A model generated the notes under the pieces. The model searched no databases and was not told the origin of the DNA. It saw only the letters and a list, made by a program, of their open reading frames with translations. This document shows positions 13,301 to 23,715 of a stretch of DNA of 64,000 nt, one piece after another; within the stretch, counting starts at the first letter, position 1, and each line of letters begins with the position of its first letter. Origin of the DNA: Eukaryota sp. TZLM1-RC (lineage: Eukaryota; Protista; Metamonada: BaSk clade). The stretch spans positions 124,001 to 188,000 of the forward strand of contig JAUPSS010000002.1 in assembly GCA_040285825.1 (NCBI GenBank), given 5' to 3'. A program made the translations under genes and the position numbers.

Positions 13301-14110
13301 AACACCACCTTGCTTTACCGCCGCTATTGAGGTTATAGTGCCAGTAAGACCCTCTTGGACCCAAATCATTGTGAAGCACCCCTCTTCTTGTTTTTCAACG
13401 GAAAGGTCAATAGCAAGAGCGGCAACTGCTGATGTGTCATCAGAGTCAGCTTCTGTTAGATCACCAGGCCATTTACCATGTTTTTGGTAGGCTACAGCGA
13501 TACAAGGTTCAGTTAACCCAGGAAGAAAACAGAAATCTATGGTGTAAGGAAAGAGAGAATGTAAGGAAAAGTGAAAAGAAGAGAGAGGATACCGAAGACC
13601 AAGGTGTGAGGAGTGTTCAGGTACAAGGTCAACAAAGTCGTCCGTGGTCAATGGAATAACACAGACCAAGTCATTGTGGAGTAACAATGCTGCACACCGA
13701 TTTGATGGATCAACAGCTAAGAGTGGAGGCCTATGTGAAGATTCGATGGGAGGAATGTCTTGAAGGTCATAGAGATGTTCAAAAGAGTGCAGGGAAACAG
13801 TTATTAGTTCAAGGCAGTTGCCTATACCAACAACTGAAACTTTAGCTTGTTCAAATGCTAGTATTAAAACATCTACATTACCAGATGGTAACCTAGCAGG
13901 TTTGACAGAAACAGCTTCTTGAAAAAGGTTGTAAGAGATCGTTAGTTCCATACAAGATCCTGGAGCAGAAGGATAGGAATAGACATCGAGATAGGTACCT
14001 CGTAAGCAGATAAGTGAACTTCTATGTGGTAGGACGCGAGCAAAACAACATGAATGGATTGCAGTAGGGTCAGTTAAGGGGACATCTACATAGCAATGAT
14101 TGAGATCCAT
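10310..14110 (-). CDS. CPSF1: Cleavage and polyadenylation specificity factor 160 kDa subunit
   Basis: LILAFEQAKVSVV, TVSLHSFE, VDPSNRCAALL, DFCFLPGLTEPCIAV, VGTGYIKGE..SRGRI and IKNLICFGD are characteristic of the CPSF160 beta-propellers. Confidence 0.85.
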   Translation of the reverse strand: MDLNHCYVDVPLTDPTAIHSCCFARVLPHRSSLICLRGTYLDVYSYPSAPGSCMELTISYNLFQEAVSVKPARLPSGNVDVLILAFEQAKVSVVGIGNCLELITVSLHSFEHLYDLQDIPPIESSHRPPLLAVDPSNRCAALLLHNDLVCVIPLTTDDFVDLVPEHSSHLGLRYPLSSFHFSLHSLFPYTIDFCFLPGLTEPCIAVAYQKHGKWPGDLTEADSDDTSAVAALAIDLSVEKQEEGCFTMIWVQEGLTGTITSIAAVKQGGVVMTCAFGLVYCSDVIIKRIPMTGEESIRQSKLIGIQATHSLFNYSVLGCDLNGNLFAMDNSFKIFPVLSSENEPFTGSVFPSDLAIDHNGLVFISSKHASCPLLSLTSDTDVDTGLPLIIFDRLTFLPTNGGSISDLVVIDSGPFFGASVSGFQNHGNLSLLSKSVVTTDHQEFEIPQSDSCFHVSMKGQKDQSNQHSELIVVSSIQRQETLILRMDQSQSISIEQSKLFKTDDCTVLAVSDTTFRSVIQVTGFEIRVISPNFSVEIMSFSKQIMSACFSEGFLTVSSDQEVVVFRSTSTGLVATARLPISSEFPIKHVTSIIPPMFSSLLPGVYIGYLLGNGSGGILFLDRTNPVDLVLIYSFSGNLMADQIHFVSNNMYVNSEITSICLIHGSFESIFLGVLFLNSSFSLFKLNSNQEAHYLTKIRLSDQMKLSTQSEDLLKKEKKENQNNVNGFQPLLTKFFNLHGFLDGIYVPNPIKPYFIVTASSDPFNPHVIPRQHSIKIDGSPRISFPGFVPVPFVTKSSLFFITNSNLNILLKSSPGTQLAYSIVLKTLPLNSTPNRIAYLKKSNTLAVALESFNRHEVQLISFDSLSLLDRYPFQEDEYILSMIAGELRLGPASGVVDEGPFPPERPRREHLCVGTGYIKGEWYWSRGRIVLLLPELESNQAPNQDTRMSLTTVWDKEERGHVSALNILDPGYLVALAGPRLMLHYLLQDGRLKGIGFFDGMFYVTDICTIKNLICFGDLEDSTQLVQWKDTSRSIDFRSRDSTPLLKRISNVEFFIPCQPVVTAQEEINRYQLELEIIAGNIDKNFVIFCYDTSVDYKGGQMLKPVAYYRAKSQSTKMNRFRINNSHISSSSAHSINQNPDFPRLFPVVTSFIDGSIGSFSHVSDSKSCEILFSFVRACDEVICPPVGISLSSARKFFPFKEPLIQKIDKNFIDISIVQYWFDIVDPFFSKVSFIMSQELGYPVSKDQIKNAMIEACLINYYLELR

Positions 14111-14224
14111 ACTGAAAGTACCAATGAATACCTGTTGATTGTTTAGCTATTAAATTGAAAATACTATTAAATGCTATTTTATTTCAACAATATATTATCT
14201 TAAATCTTCCCTTCTTCTAACATC

Positions 14225-17200
14225 ATGCAGCAAAAGGATAACGAGGTAACGGACTCAGTTCCCGCCTCCTCCTTCAACATGTTCTTCACAGAATAGCAGA
14301 GTACTTCCTCCCGAACTTATCAGTCGGAAACAGTAATCTTGCATCACAGCAATAAACGGAAGGTCAGAGCCTCGGATTTCGAACTGAATTGTCGTTCTGA
14401 ACCTTCCGGGGGGGTCAGTGCATTGCACTTTTTTGAGTCATCAGGTGAGTAATGATGTGGGTGCTGTTGAATCAGCCATGGTTATTCTTGCTTCAAATGT
14501 GGTATGTTTTTCTAGTTTGTGTTTTGTTTTAAAATATTGTTATTTTGATGATGTTGAGTTTGATGGTTATGTTTTCAATCCAAAAACTTTCGACATCTCC
14601 TATCAACAAACCCTTTTTTGGTTGATAAAAAAATGGATGGAGATGTTGAAACAAATCCTGGTCCGAAAAAGAGAAAATCCCAGAGTTAAGCAACTTCTCC
14701 ATCAAAAATTATTAGACAGGAGACTTTTGACCATCAAACAACAAAGCGTCAGCGAAAAAAAAACAACAAACAACACTGAAACGAGACATTTGTTGCAAGA
14801 ATACAATGTTGAACATTGAAAACAGGAAGATTTTGACAAAATAATAATTAAAACTGATTATGGTCAAAAAATTGAGCCAAGTCGTAGTGGCTTCAAGCTT
14901 GATCTTTCGATTCAATTAAAATCAATGACCAAAAATCAAAATTTCTCTGCGGTTATGTGCTTTGATCTTAAAACCTTTCGAGATGGTCTACTTTACAGAA
15001 ACAATAAGAACCATTTTATTAAGCCTCATAAGATTATTGATAAAATGAGAAAAGATGGTGCAAATCTTTTGAAAAAAAAGCTAATGAGCAAAAAGGTGAA
15101 TAGATTTGATCAAAAAATCTATTTAATTACAGTTGTTGGAATGTTGAACCAACACATTTTTTATTTGAAAAGCAAATATTCGCTTCTGTTGAAAATGAGT
15201 CCTGAACTTAAAAACTTACCTGAAATTGATATAAATGTACATGCAAAATTGTTCGATAACGAAAAACTTTGCTTCGTAGATTTACAAACATTTTTGGTAA
15301 TCAGATATCACATTGTTTATTGAATCACAATTTGATCAACTTTGGTTTACAAATTTTGAGAAATCGTTTGAATTATTTTGATTTACCATTTCCCACTGTT
15401 TCAGATGATTCAACAATTAATGTACTCAATCAATTTTCAACAAGATGGAGAGAAGTTATCATAAGGAAATATGGTTTTTCTTTTTCAGATACAATGTTGT
15501 TTGCCAAGAAATTCATCAAAATGCAATAAGGTCATTGATTAGGCAATCTTGTGTATATAATGATTTATGAAACACTGAAATTTCTCCAACAATTTACCAT
15601 TATTTTACCTGTTGATTGTTTAGCCACTGTTTCATTTAGACAAAACTTAATTCAATATGGACTTCATGATTGTATACTATGTCTCAAACTTTCAGTTTTG
15701 TTTCAAAAAGATAAATTCATTTTGCGATATCAGAAAATGTGGTATCACAAGACTTGGAAAATTTTGCATATGGTGAAGGAGTTTATACTTCAACAACTAG
15801 CTCTGAAGAACAAAAGTTAAACAAAACTGTGTGTTAGTTTGATCACTTGAGACACAAGTCTAAACAGTTTCCACGATTTCCAACTGATGGGTTCAGTAGA
15901 CCTCTTGAGTACATGGTCCCAGTAATGTTTACCAATTTTGAGAATAATTTGAAACTAAATTATGAAAAACATATTAATCGATTTATTAATGTTTACTTTG
16001 ACAAAGTAGATGTGGAAAATGTGTAAGCAGAAATGCACAAGCCTGGTGGATACTCAACGCCACTATCTACAATTAATTCATTATAGAGATTTAGACTTCG
16101 TCAATTCAAAAACTTGTTTTTAGTGGATGATAGAGATTGCTTGAGTTCTTTGTTTCATCATCCTGAAAATATTTCAGACCTTCTGAATGATGAATTTTTC
16201 GATTTTTGTGAACAACATGATATAAGAAATAATGAACTTAGAGACATATTTGAAGGTCTTATTGAACCATTTACTTGTCAAATTGAGAATTTGGTCACTG
16301 ACCAGAATTTAGTTAATAATATATTTCCAGTGGATATACATTTTCTTGCAGAGGCTGTTGAAAAAGATCCTCAAATATTCCTAAAACCGGCAATTACTAT
16401 TGCCCAATATATTTCCAGTAGAGAGAAAAAACCTTATCATATTTCTCCAGTTCCAACCACTGTAGGCCTGGATATTTTCCTATTGATACAAGAACACTAT
16501 GGAGAATTGTTAAACAAACATTGATTGATGATTTATCTTCTACACAGACGCTGAAAATGTCCAATACACTAGCCCAAATTACGAAATTCAAACCACCTCA
16601 GCAATTTGACTTTTGGTCTAATATTCTCGACTTAAACCAACCAATGTTCAAACAGAAGAGCTATAAATTCAACAACATTATTCACACAGATGGATTTAAG
16701 ATTGCAGCAGAATTTGTTCGTCATTATTGACAAGGTCAGAAATGTAAGCCAGACAACAAGGCCAATATTTCGGATTTCTTTATTGATGCTGTTGATGTTG
16801 ATGCTTTTCAAGACAAACGAATTGTTGTTTGTGATCCTGGAAAACGTGATTTATTGTATTTTGGGAGTAAGAAGACTGATCAAAATTAGCCATGGTGCCT
16901 GAACATGAAACTGAACAGCAAAGAAATACTCGGGTGATAAATCAAGACAAGAAGTACAAATGGCTGAGAATGACTCAGATGTCCTGGTCTTTGAAAAGTA
17001 GGATGAATGAAAAGCAAAAACGCTGGGCGAAAAAGTATACTGAGGCAGATTACGACAGGAACCAAATGATAGAGTCCAACGAAATGACAATCGAAGATGT
17101 AAACACCGAATTATCCGCGTTTGCTGCAATTTCAGCAACTTTTATAGATTTTTTCAACTATGTGGATGCTAAACTTCGGCAAGTTTTTCTGACAATTGAC

Positions 17201-17711
17201 TTTTACAGTCTTGACTTGCGGAGCATTCATAAAATGCAAGCTTTTATTCACAAGCAAAAGACTATGGTTGGTTGTTAAAAAACCTTGTTCAGCAGTTTGG
17301 CAACCCAAAAGACACTTTAATACTAATGGGTAATTATGGTAAAAAAGGTTCCAAGAATTTGAAACATCAGAGACCTCAAATTCAATTGCAGGATGGATTC
17401 AATTGCTGAAAAGAAATGTATTTGAAGTATTGATAATTAATGAGGCTTTCACTTCAGCAAAATGTCCTGTTTGTTTTGAAAAGGTTGCTACGTTTTTGAG
17501 AGTAACAAATCTCAGTTTCTATAGAAGAGAAAAGACTCCTGTTTCTACATTTCATGGTTTATTGGCTTGCAATAGTGAGAGTTGCAAACTCAGTAACAAA
17601 GGCTCAACAAAGCTTTTCAATAGAAACATGTTGGCTTGTCTGAATATGTTTGCAATTGCTGATTCCAGAATGAGTGATAATGAAAGACCTCAGTATCTGT
17701 GTAGTAGATAG
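14225..17711 (+). pseudogene. Decayed Fanzor (TnpB-like, Fanzor1-type) gene with an N-terminal DEDD/PolB-type exonuclease domain (element 1)
   Basis: Exonuclease-like motifs MCFDLKT (~14955), NHNLINFGL..LRNR (~15323), FSDTMLFAKK (~15480) and QYGLHD (~15653). Fanzor motifs FENNLK...INRFIN (~15937), IHTDG (~16680), VVCDPGKRDLLY (16833), NEAFTSAKCPVC (~17440) and HGLLAC...NRNMLACLNM...RPQYL. Many stops and frameshifts. Confidence 0.8.
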
Positions 17712-17832
17712 TTTTCGTAATTATTCCACACGAAAATAGATCGTGTACTTATGGGAATTTCCCACAAACTGTTGTGAAGGAGACAGATTTCCGAAATTAA
17801 AAACGCCTTTAAAGTTCGCATCATTCCCACAG
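17700..17832 (+). ncRNA. Candidate Fanzor omega-RNA scaffold / right end of element 1
   Basis: Stems directly after the Fanzor stop: TTTTCGT/ACGAAAA, TGGGA-ATT-TCCCA and CACAA/TTGTG. TGGGAAT can alternatively pair with ATTCCCA at 17823. Confidence 0.5.
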
Positions 17833-18179
17833 ATGAATTATCCGAAGTTTATATACTGTCTGATAAATTTTGAATCACAAATAGATCAATTACACCTGTA
17901 TTGATTGGATACAAATTAAAAATTGCAAAATATTCAAAATAAATGGATCACCAATGACCAAGATTCTGTTATTCAGATTAAAACAAAAACTCTAGAATTT
18001 GTTCTTGATTGTAAAAGAAAAGAAATAGCAAATGAATTTGTATCCTATTTAAACAAAATAATAAAAATCATTTAAAAAGTGTCAAAAATATTTACTTGTC
18101 TTTCAACATTTGAATGGGGTATGCTTCTGTGAACTAAAAAACTCAATAGACAATTAACTTTTATTAAACTTACACACTT

Positions 18180-19230
18180 TTTTTTAACTGGAATATTTAT
18201 TGAGATAAAAAACCCATCTAGAATTCAATATCCTCCAAACAAGCTTCACTATTACTAAACCTACTCACAGCATTACGTTCATATTCTACACCAATAGCTA
18301 AAAGTGCCTTTGAAATCATTGTTGGAATAGACTTGAAAATGCAAAAAACAATTCTATTTAACCAGAAAGTGGAATTCATTGTTTTACTAGACCTATTTAG
18401 TAACACTTTTTTGAAATTTTCAAAAAAGTGCAACCCTGAAGGTCCAATATTGCCAAAAAGAGAAATTGCAAACGGCACAAACTGATATTTCATATGTTCC
18501 ATTCTACCTAACTGTGCCAAAGGTTCTTCATATTTTTTTATCTTCTTTTTTTCGGCGTTAGATAACGGCGAATCAGCGGAATACACTAAACGAGCAGCAG
18601 AATTTTTGCAAACATCAACTGAGACAACATCTACAACATTGAGAACACCATCGATCTCTGGAGCTACTAAATCTGCCCTTCTTTTACCAAAGGAATTATC
18701 AGTTTGATCTGAAGACAGCTTACGTACTAATGGTTCAATAAATGCCTCTATATTGAAACTTTTGCACATGGCATATAATTGATCACGAACTGAGCCATGA
18801 ACAATTGAGCGATAAGTTATGAAATACTTACAGTTTAAAATATGGGAAAGCGTAACAACACTCTTGCAGCGACAAATTAAATCATTTGGTAAAGAACAAG
18901 GCCATAGAAAACATCTCATTCTCATTGCAGTGGTCCATTGGTGATCATTGAGGAGAAGGCCTTAAATGTTGGGAATTTGGGAGATTAGGCAACTTGAGCA
19001 ACTGTCTTCAAGATCAATCAAGAAGTTTGCAAAAACGGTATTTCTTTCTTTAGCCAAGCTAAGACGTACAATATAATCCAAGTTTTCTAAAACTTTCAAG
19101 ATTTTTTTCTACAATTTTGCAAAAGTCAGTGGTAAGGAGAGCAAGCTTCATGGAGGAAGTTCCACAATATCATAGGGAAAACATTTAGACCAAATATTGG
19201 GTGAAAGAGTTTCAATTTCCTGTTGCAAAA
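18180..19230 (-). mobile_element. Non-LTR retrotransposon 3' fragment (family D; zinc knuckle + RLE)
   Basis: CRC...HILNC, HGSVRD, RRAD...DV...KKY; ORF 18218-18925 ends EACLEDIEF*. Confidence 0.85.
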
Positions 19231-19239
19231 AAATAAGAA

Positions 19240-19880
19240 CTTACACACTTGACAAAATAAATTTATAACTAATGGGACGAGATTCACTGAACCTGCTGTC
19301 TAAAGTTTCTCTAATTGGATTGAAAAACCAAGGTGATCTATTAATAATGGCAAATTGAATCCGAAAGCGCCATAAAAAATATCAAATCTTTTCATTGTTT
19401 TTTCTTGAACCATTTTTTTGGAAATCATTCAAAAAAGTTCCTGCTTCTACTGATAGTTTTCCGTTTATCGAAAATGAGAAAGCAATAAAAACAAGTGGTT
19501 TATTTCTATCAGTGTTAGCTTCTTCAATATCTTTGTCATATTTTCTATGTTCTTCTTTAGCTTACAATTCAAGAGCACTTACAGGATTAAATTTTCTTCT
19601 TTGAACCCAAGTGTCATTTGCAACATTGCAGGAGACAAGGTCAACAACAACTTCAAAGTTCTCAATAGAATCACAGTATACATCACCTCTATCATCAGAA
19701 CCAAAATTATTCAGAGAAAGTGTTTCCTTCAGCAGAGACTCTTTAATACACGAGATTCTTGCAGCTCGTGCCATATTGAAAACAGTGTCTCCAACAGCAT
19801 CATGTAATGAAGAACGATAGGTTATCAATTTAGAACAATTCAGAGCATGACGCAAAGTGTGTTGAGGTGAATTCGAACAT
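19240..19880 (-). mobile_element. Non-LTR retrotransposon 3' fragment (family C)
   Basis: HALNCSKLITYRSSLHDAV...RGDVYCD; homologous to 25220-25890. Confidence 0.85.
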
Positions 19881-19899
19881 TGTCGTGTTCCTGCATGTT

Positions 19900-20109
19900 A
19901 ATTTTAAAGAAGTCAGTGCTCTGGCTGGGAGGGACTGACATGATATCTGCTAAAGATATCTTCTGTAAAAGAGCTGTGTGTTGTCAAAGTGGTACCTATA
20001 ACCTAAACTATTGATGCCGTAGGTTGGAAATGTGGGTTTAAGATAAAGCCAATGAGGAAGAAGTTGATTTATTTTGTAATCGTAACATATAAGCCTTAGG
20101 GTGCCAACA
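19900..20109 (-). mobile_element. Gypsy 5' LTR (20012-20109) plus start of the internal leader
   Basis: The reverse strand reads TGTTGGCACCCTAAGG...CTACGGCATCA followed by the same leader as 41846-41930. Confidence 0.85.
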
Positions 20110-21775
20110 AATGAGTAATTGTAATTTTTCGAAATAATTTACAAATTCAATTTTGAGGTAAATTATCATGCCAGATAAAGGAACAAAATCTCACATTCAA
20201 AGTCCAAGCAGAATCAGTTAAGAGAGTACCATATACTTGAGGAATTGTTGTTACTAAGGCAGAAGATGTACTATCACACATATCTTGTAAAATATTTGCA
20301 AATGCGGGATTCTTTTTCATGGCGAAGCCATGTCTAACATCAAAATCCAAGTTTTCAAAAACCTTTGACAATTTTTGTTGAAGCTTTTTACAGCAAAACT
20401 TCAAATTTAAAATTGGTTTGGAATTTCTTGAATTGATTGGGGAAAACATTTGTTCCAGATTGGTGGCGGCATTCTATCGAGTTCACAAGATACCTCATTC
20501 AAATATGGACTGCAACAGGGAACTAACAGATGAGAATCTTCAGGAAATCTACGAGAAAATTCATAAATAAAATTCTTGCATCCACCCAAAAATGCTGATT
20601 GACAAAAAATAGAAGACTTTGTAAATCCAATACCACCCAAATTTGCTGCCGAAAATAAGTGATTTTTCAACATTCCTGTTTCTACATCGAACAAATCAGC
20701 AAAAAATTGTCTCCTCAAGGAATTAAAGGAACGAAAAAAAACTAATGGTATGGAAGGAGCACAAGATCTCAAAATGTGGGTTATTCTCCCAGTATAGCAA
20801 ATTTTAAGCATAAAAACTTTATATCTTTTTCTAGATCTAAAGAAGAAATCGAATCAGTCCAATATTCATTTGTTCAACAGCGATATTATGAAATTGGTGT
20901 TTCATTAAACATTTCCAAATGTTTATTAATTGGTAAAGACCCTGCTGATCTTGTTATTGATGATCTAGCTGTTCCTTTTATCAATTATTTTGAATCAGGA
21001 TTTTGATTTTTAGGTTGTTATTTAGGAAATTTTGATGAAATTCGAAATCGACATTCATCTTTTTAGCAAATTTTGAAATGGAACTTGCTTTTCTTTCAGA
21101 TTTAAACATAGAAAAACATCTCATATTCTTCTTTCTCAATTAATTTTTATTAATTTTATTTTTCAATTTCTGGCACAACAGAATTGTTTTCAGTATTCTT
21201 GAAGCAATTCCCGAAATGATAACCAAAGCACTGTTGCAATTAGGAATAGAGTACGAGAATCGCGCATTGAAGAGGTTTGATGATGTTGATGCGTGTATTG
21301 AGGATATTGAGTTCTAGTTTTTTGTTCAGTTGTTTTGTATGCGTTCCGAAATAAAAAAAAATTTCTACTAAAAAAATTCATTTTTTACAAAATAGCTAGT
21401 AATTCATTCTGAATTTGGGGCACATATCCTAACCAACAACCATGAAATTTGAAAGCATACTACTATAGTGAGTAAAAGGGACAACCGACTCATTTATCAC
21501 AAGATCTTGAGGAGAAGAACCAAAGAGGAGGCATTTGATCGCATTGAGATGAAGCTCAATATTTTCATATGAATCGGCAATTTCTTGAGTAACCAACTTT
21601 AGTAAATCAAATGAACCAATCAGGGATATATCATTTATATAAGGAACTATTTTTAGAGAAGGGTATTTTTGGTTAATGATGTCTAAAATTTTGTGAATAG
21701 CTAAACAAAGCAACAAAGGGCCTAAAAGATCACCTTGTTTCACACCAGAAGATGATTTAAGACCAAATGAATTAC
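20110..21775. mobile_element. Patchwork of non-LTR fragments: family A minus (20110-20850, 21400-21775) and other families plus (20850-21130, 21190-21360)
   Basis: Direct similarity to 4680-5830. The segment ~21200-21360 is a LINE 3' end (...DACIEDIEF* followed by AATAAAAAAAA). Confidence 0.75.
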
Positions 21776-22087
21776 ATTGAAATGATTTATTGATCAAATT
21801 GACCAATTTAGCCATGTTTGCGTCAACAGTATATGATCATTTCAATCGTGTGTAATTTTTCACTACATAGTACATTATCTGGAATCTTTGAGAAATTTAG
21901 GGAATATAAGGAATTTATGGAATATTCCCATTCCTGGGAATTCCTTAAAGCCATGTGCAAATATAATTTCTTGCACAATGCTATATGTTTTTCACTATCA
22001 AGTAAATGAATTGTTAGTACTACCAAGACTGACAATGCTAAAAACTTTATTTGCAAAACTCAGTAGAATAGAAAGAGACCAAAGAAA

Positions 22088-22621
22088 TCACCTCCATTCT
22101 AGCTGATCAGGGGTAATGGGGTTCTTGACTGGAACCATAGAATGTTTATCAACATCTTTTGAAAGTGCCTTTCTCATGTCATAAGCATTCTCTTTTGTCC
22201 CATCAAGATCCATGTAGTAGTTCAATACTGTCCTATATATTACATAACCAAGTTTGTGATACATTGCTATTGCAGTGGCATTAGAAGCTCTTACAAAAAG
22301 ATCTACAAAGTAACATTCTTGTTTCTCTGATTGACGTTCTAACCATTCTATAAGATTTTTAGCAAGTCCCATACGTCGATACAAAGGGCTAATGGTTACT
22401 GCAGAAATATGCCCGTGCCACAGCTCATTCTCACCTTCAGCTTTGCCGATCATGTATCCAGTGATATTGCCATTGCAAGACTTTGAAACAGAGCAATAGT
22501 CATCAAAGTAAGACATGTAGTACATATAAAAAGGCATCCCAAATGTTTCTGTAAAGGGGTCCACATTAACCGATGAAAACTGAAACAGGTCATCACATGT
22601 GAAATCAGTAAAGGAAGTCAT
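22088..22621 (-). CDS. NAA20: N-terminal acetyltransferase B catalytic subunit
   Basis: FTCDDLFQF..VN.DPFTETF, GYMIGKAEG..WHGH, YFVDLFVRASN..AI.MY..LGY and AYDMRKALSKD. Confidence 0.93.
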   Translation of the reverse strand: MTSFTDFTCDDLFQFSSVNVDPFTETFGMPFYMYYMSYFDDYCSVSKSCNGNITGYMIGKAEGENELWHGHISAVTISPLYRRMGLAKNLIEWLERQSEKQECYFVDLFVRASNATAIAMYHKLGYVIYRTVLNYYMDLDGTKENAYDMRKALSKDVDKHSMVPVKNPITPDQLEWR

Positions 22622-23337
22622 TCTAATAGATAGTGACGAATGTTGATGTAGAAAACTACTCTATGTAGTGGGTCTGAGTTTTTTCTTTTGTTCAAGATCA
22701 ATCATGTTCCATTACACTTCCACATCATTTATTTGCGGAAGTACTAGCTGAGTGACAGCAACATGATGATTCATTAAGTTGAAAACACGGTATTCATCTT
22801 TGTGTGCAATTAATTGAAACAACAACAAATTTATTACACTTACACAAGAAATTTTTTGTTCTATTTATATTGAGAATAACGTTAAAATTACCCAGATCAT
22901 TTCTCCAACTCTATTAGAAAGCTCCTTAAAAGTTATTCAAAAATTCCATTCTGATATAAAACTATTGTTGATATTCCTGACTTTCAGTAATACTTGGTGG
23001 AACTTTTTGTATGAAAATAATCTATCTATTTAGGCCCAATTTACTTATATCGACATAGTTTTCAGAACATTGTTAGTTGGTTTACCATTAATTAAATCTA
23101 TACGTTCAAACATGAGGGAAATGTTTGTTCAAACAGTTGGACTAACACGCTATGCTAATGAATAGAGAAAAGAATTGCGGTTAGCTTTATTAGTACTACG
23201 TCGAGAATTTTAATTAAGCGCTTTTTTGGGAAAAATGGTCAAAAAGTTCGGAACTACCACTAAGCAGGAATTTCCCCATTTCAAATAACTCAATCTCTGA
23301 ACATCAACATATTCCATTATAGACATTACCCGTAGGA

Positions 23338-23715
23338 ATGGTCACTGATCTCATGATAGAGGATTTGCTGCTATTGTTACAAAATGACTTTGCCATAGGT
23401 CAATCTGTTGTGGAAACAGTCCACCTTGTTGGTTACATAATTTCTGCTGAAAGATTTGGTTGTACCTGGGAGTTTCTGTTACATGACGACAGTGGAAGCA
23501 TTCAGTGCAGTTGTGTCTACTTGGAAAAAGACTTGGCTAGTTCTATCTTGGAGGGGGTTGTACATGTTTATGGTAAGCCTTATCTTCGACACTCATTACG
23601 ATTTGAAGTTGTTGAGATCGATTTTTCTTCTTCTGTTGTTGATGAGGCAGTACATTGGTGTCATTCTGCCAAAAACTCCCTACATTTATTTGAAAATCGT
23701 AGAAGATTTAGGTAA
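23338..23715 (+). CDS. OB-fold ssDNA-binding protein, RPA32/Stn1/RMI2-like
   Basis: LMIEDL...VHLVG...LHDDSGSIQC...VHVYGK...EAVHW pattern of RPA2/Stn1 N-terminal OB folds. Confidence 0.6.
   Translation: MVTDLMIEDLLLLLQNDFAIGQSVVETVHLVGYIISAERFGCTWEFLLHDDSGSIQCSCVYLEKDLASSILEGVVHVYGKPYLRHSLRFEVVEIDFSSSVVDEAVHWCHSAKNSLHLFENRRRFR

Noticed and set aside
14230-14435. GC-rich stretch with a GGAAGGTCAGAG/TTCTGAACCTTCC stem, ATTGCAC and a T-run, suggesting RNase P, SRP or U1/U2 RNA
   Set aside because: The other required motifs and spacing are absent. The stretch reads as the N-terminal codons of element 1 from ATG 14225.
17833-18075. Host gene starting at the ATG right after element 1
   Set aside because: That ATG opens only a short frame, and the PH-like residues are in other frames and broken. 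It is not counted as firm support for start-codon targeting.
22632-22725. Possible C/D snoRNA or U2 snRNA (GTGACGA...CTGA; CTTTTGTTCAAGATCAA)
   Set aside because: No GTAGTA branch-pairing sequence or Sm site, and the boxes are imperfect. Only the repeated 38-mer is reported.
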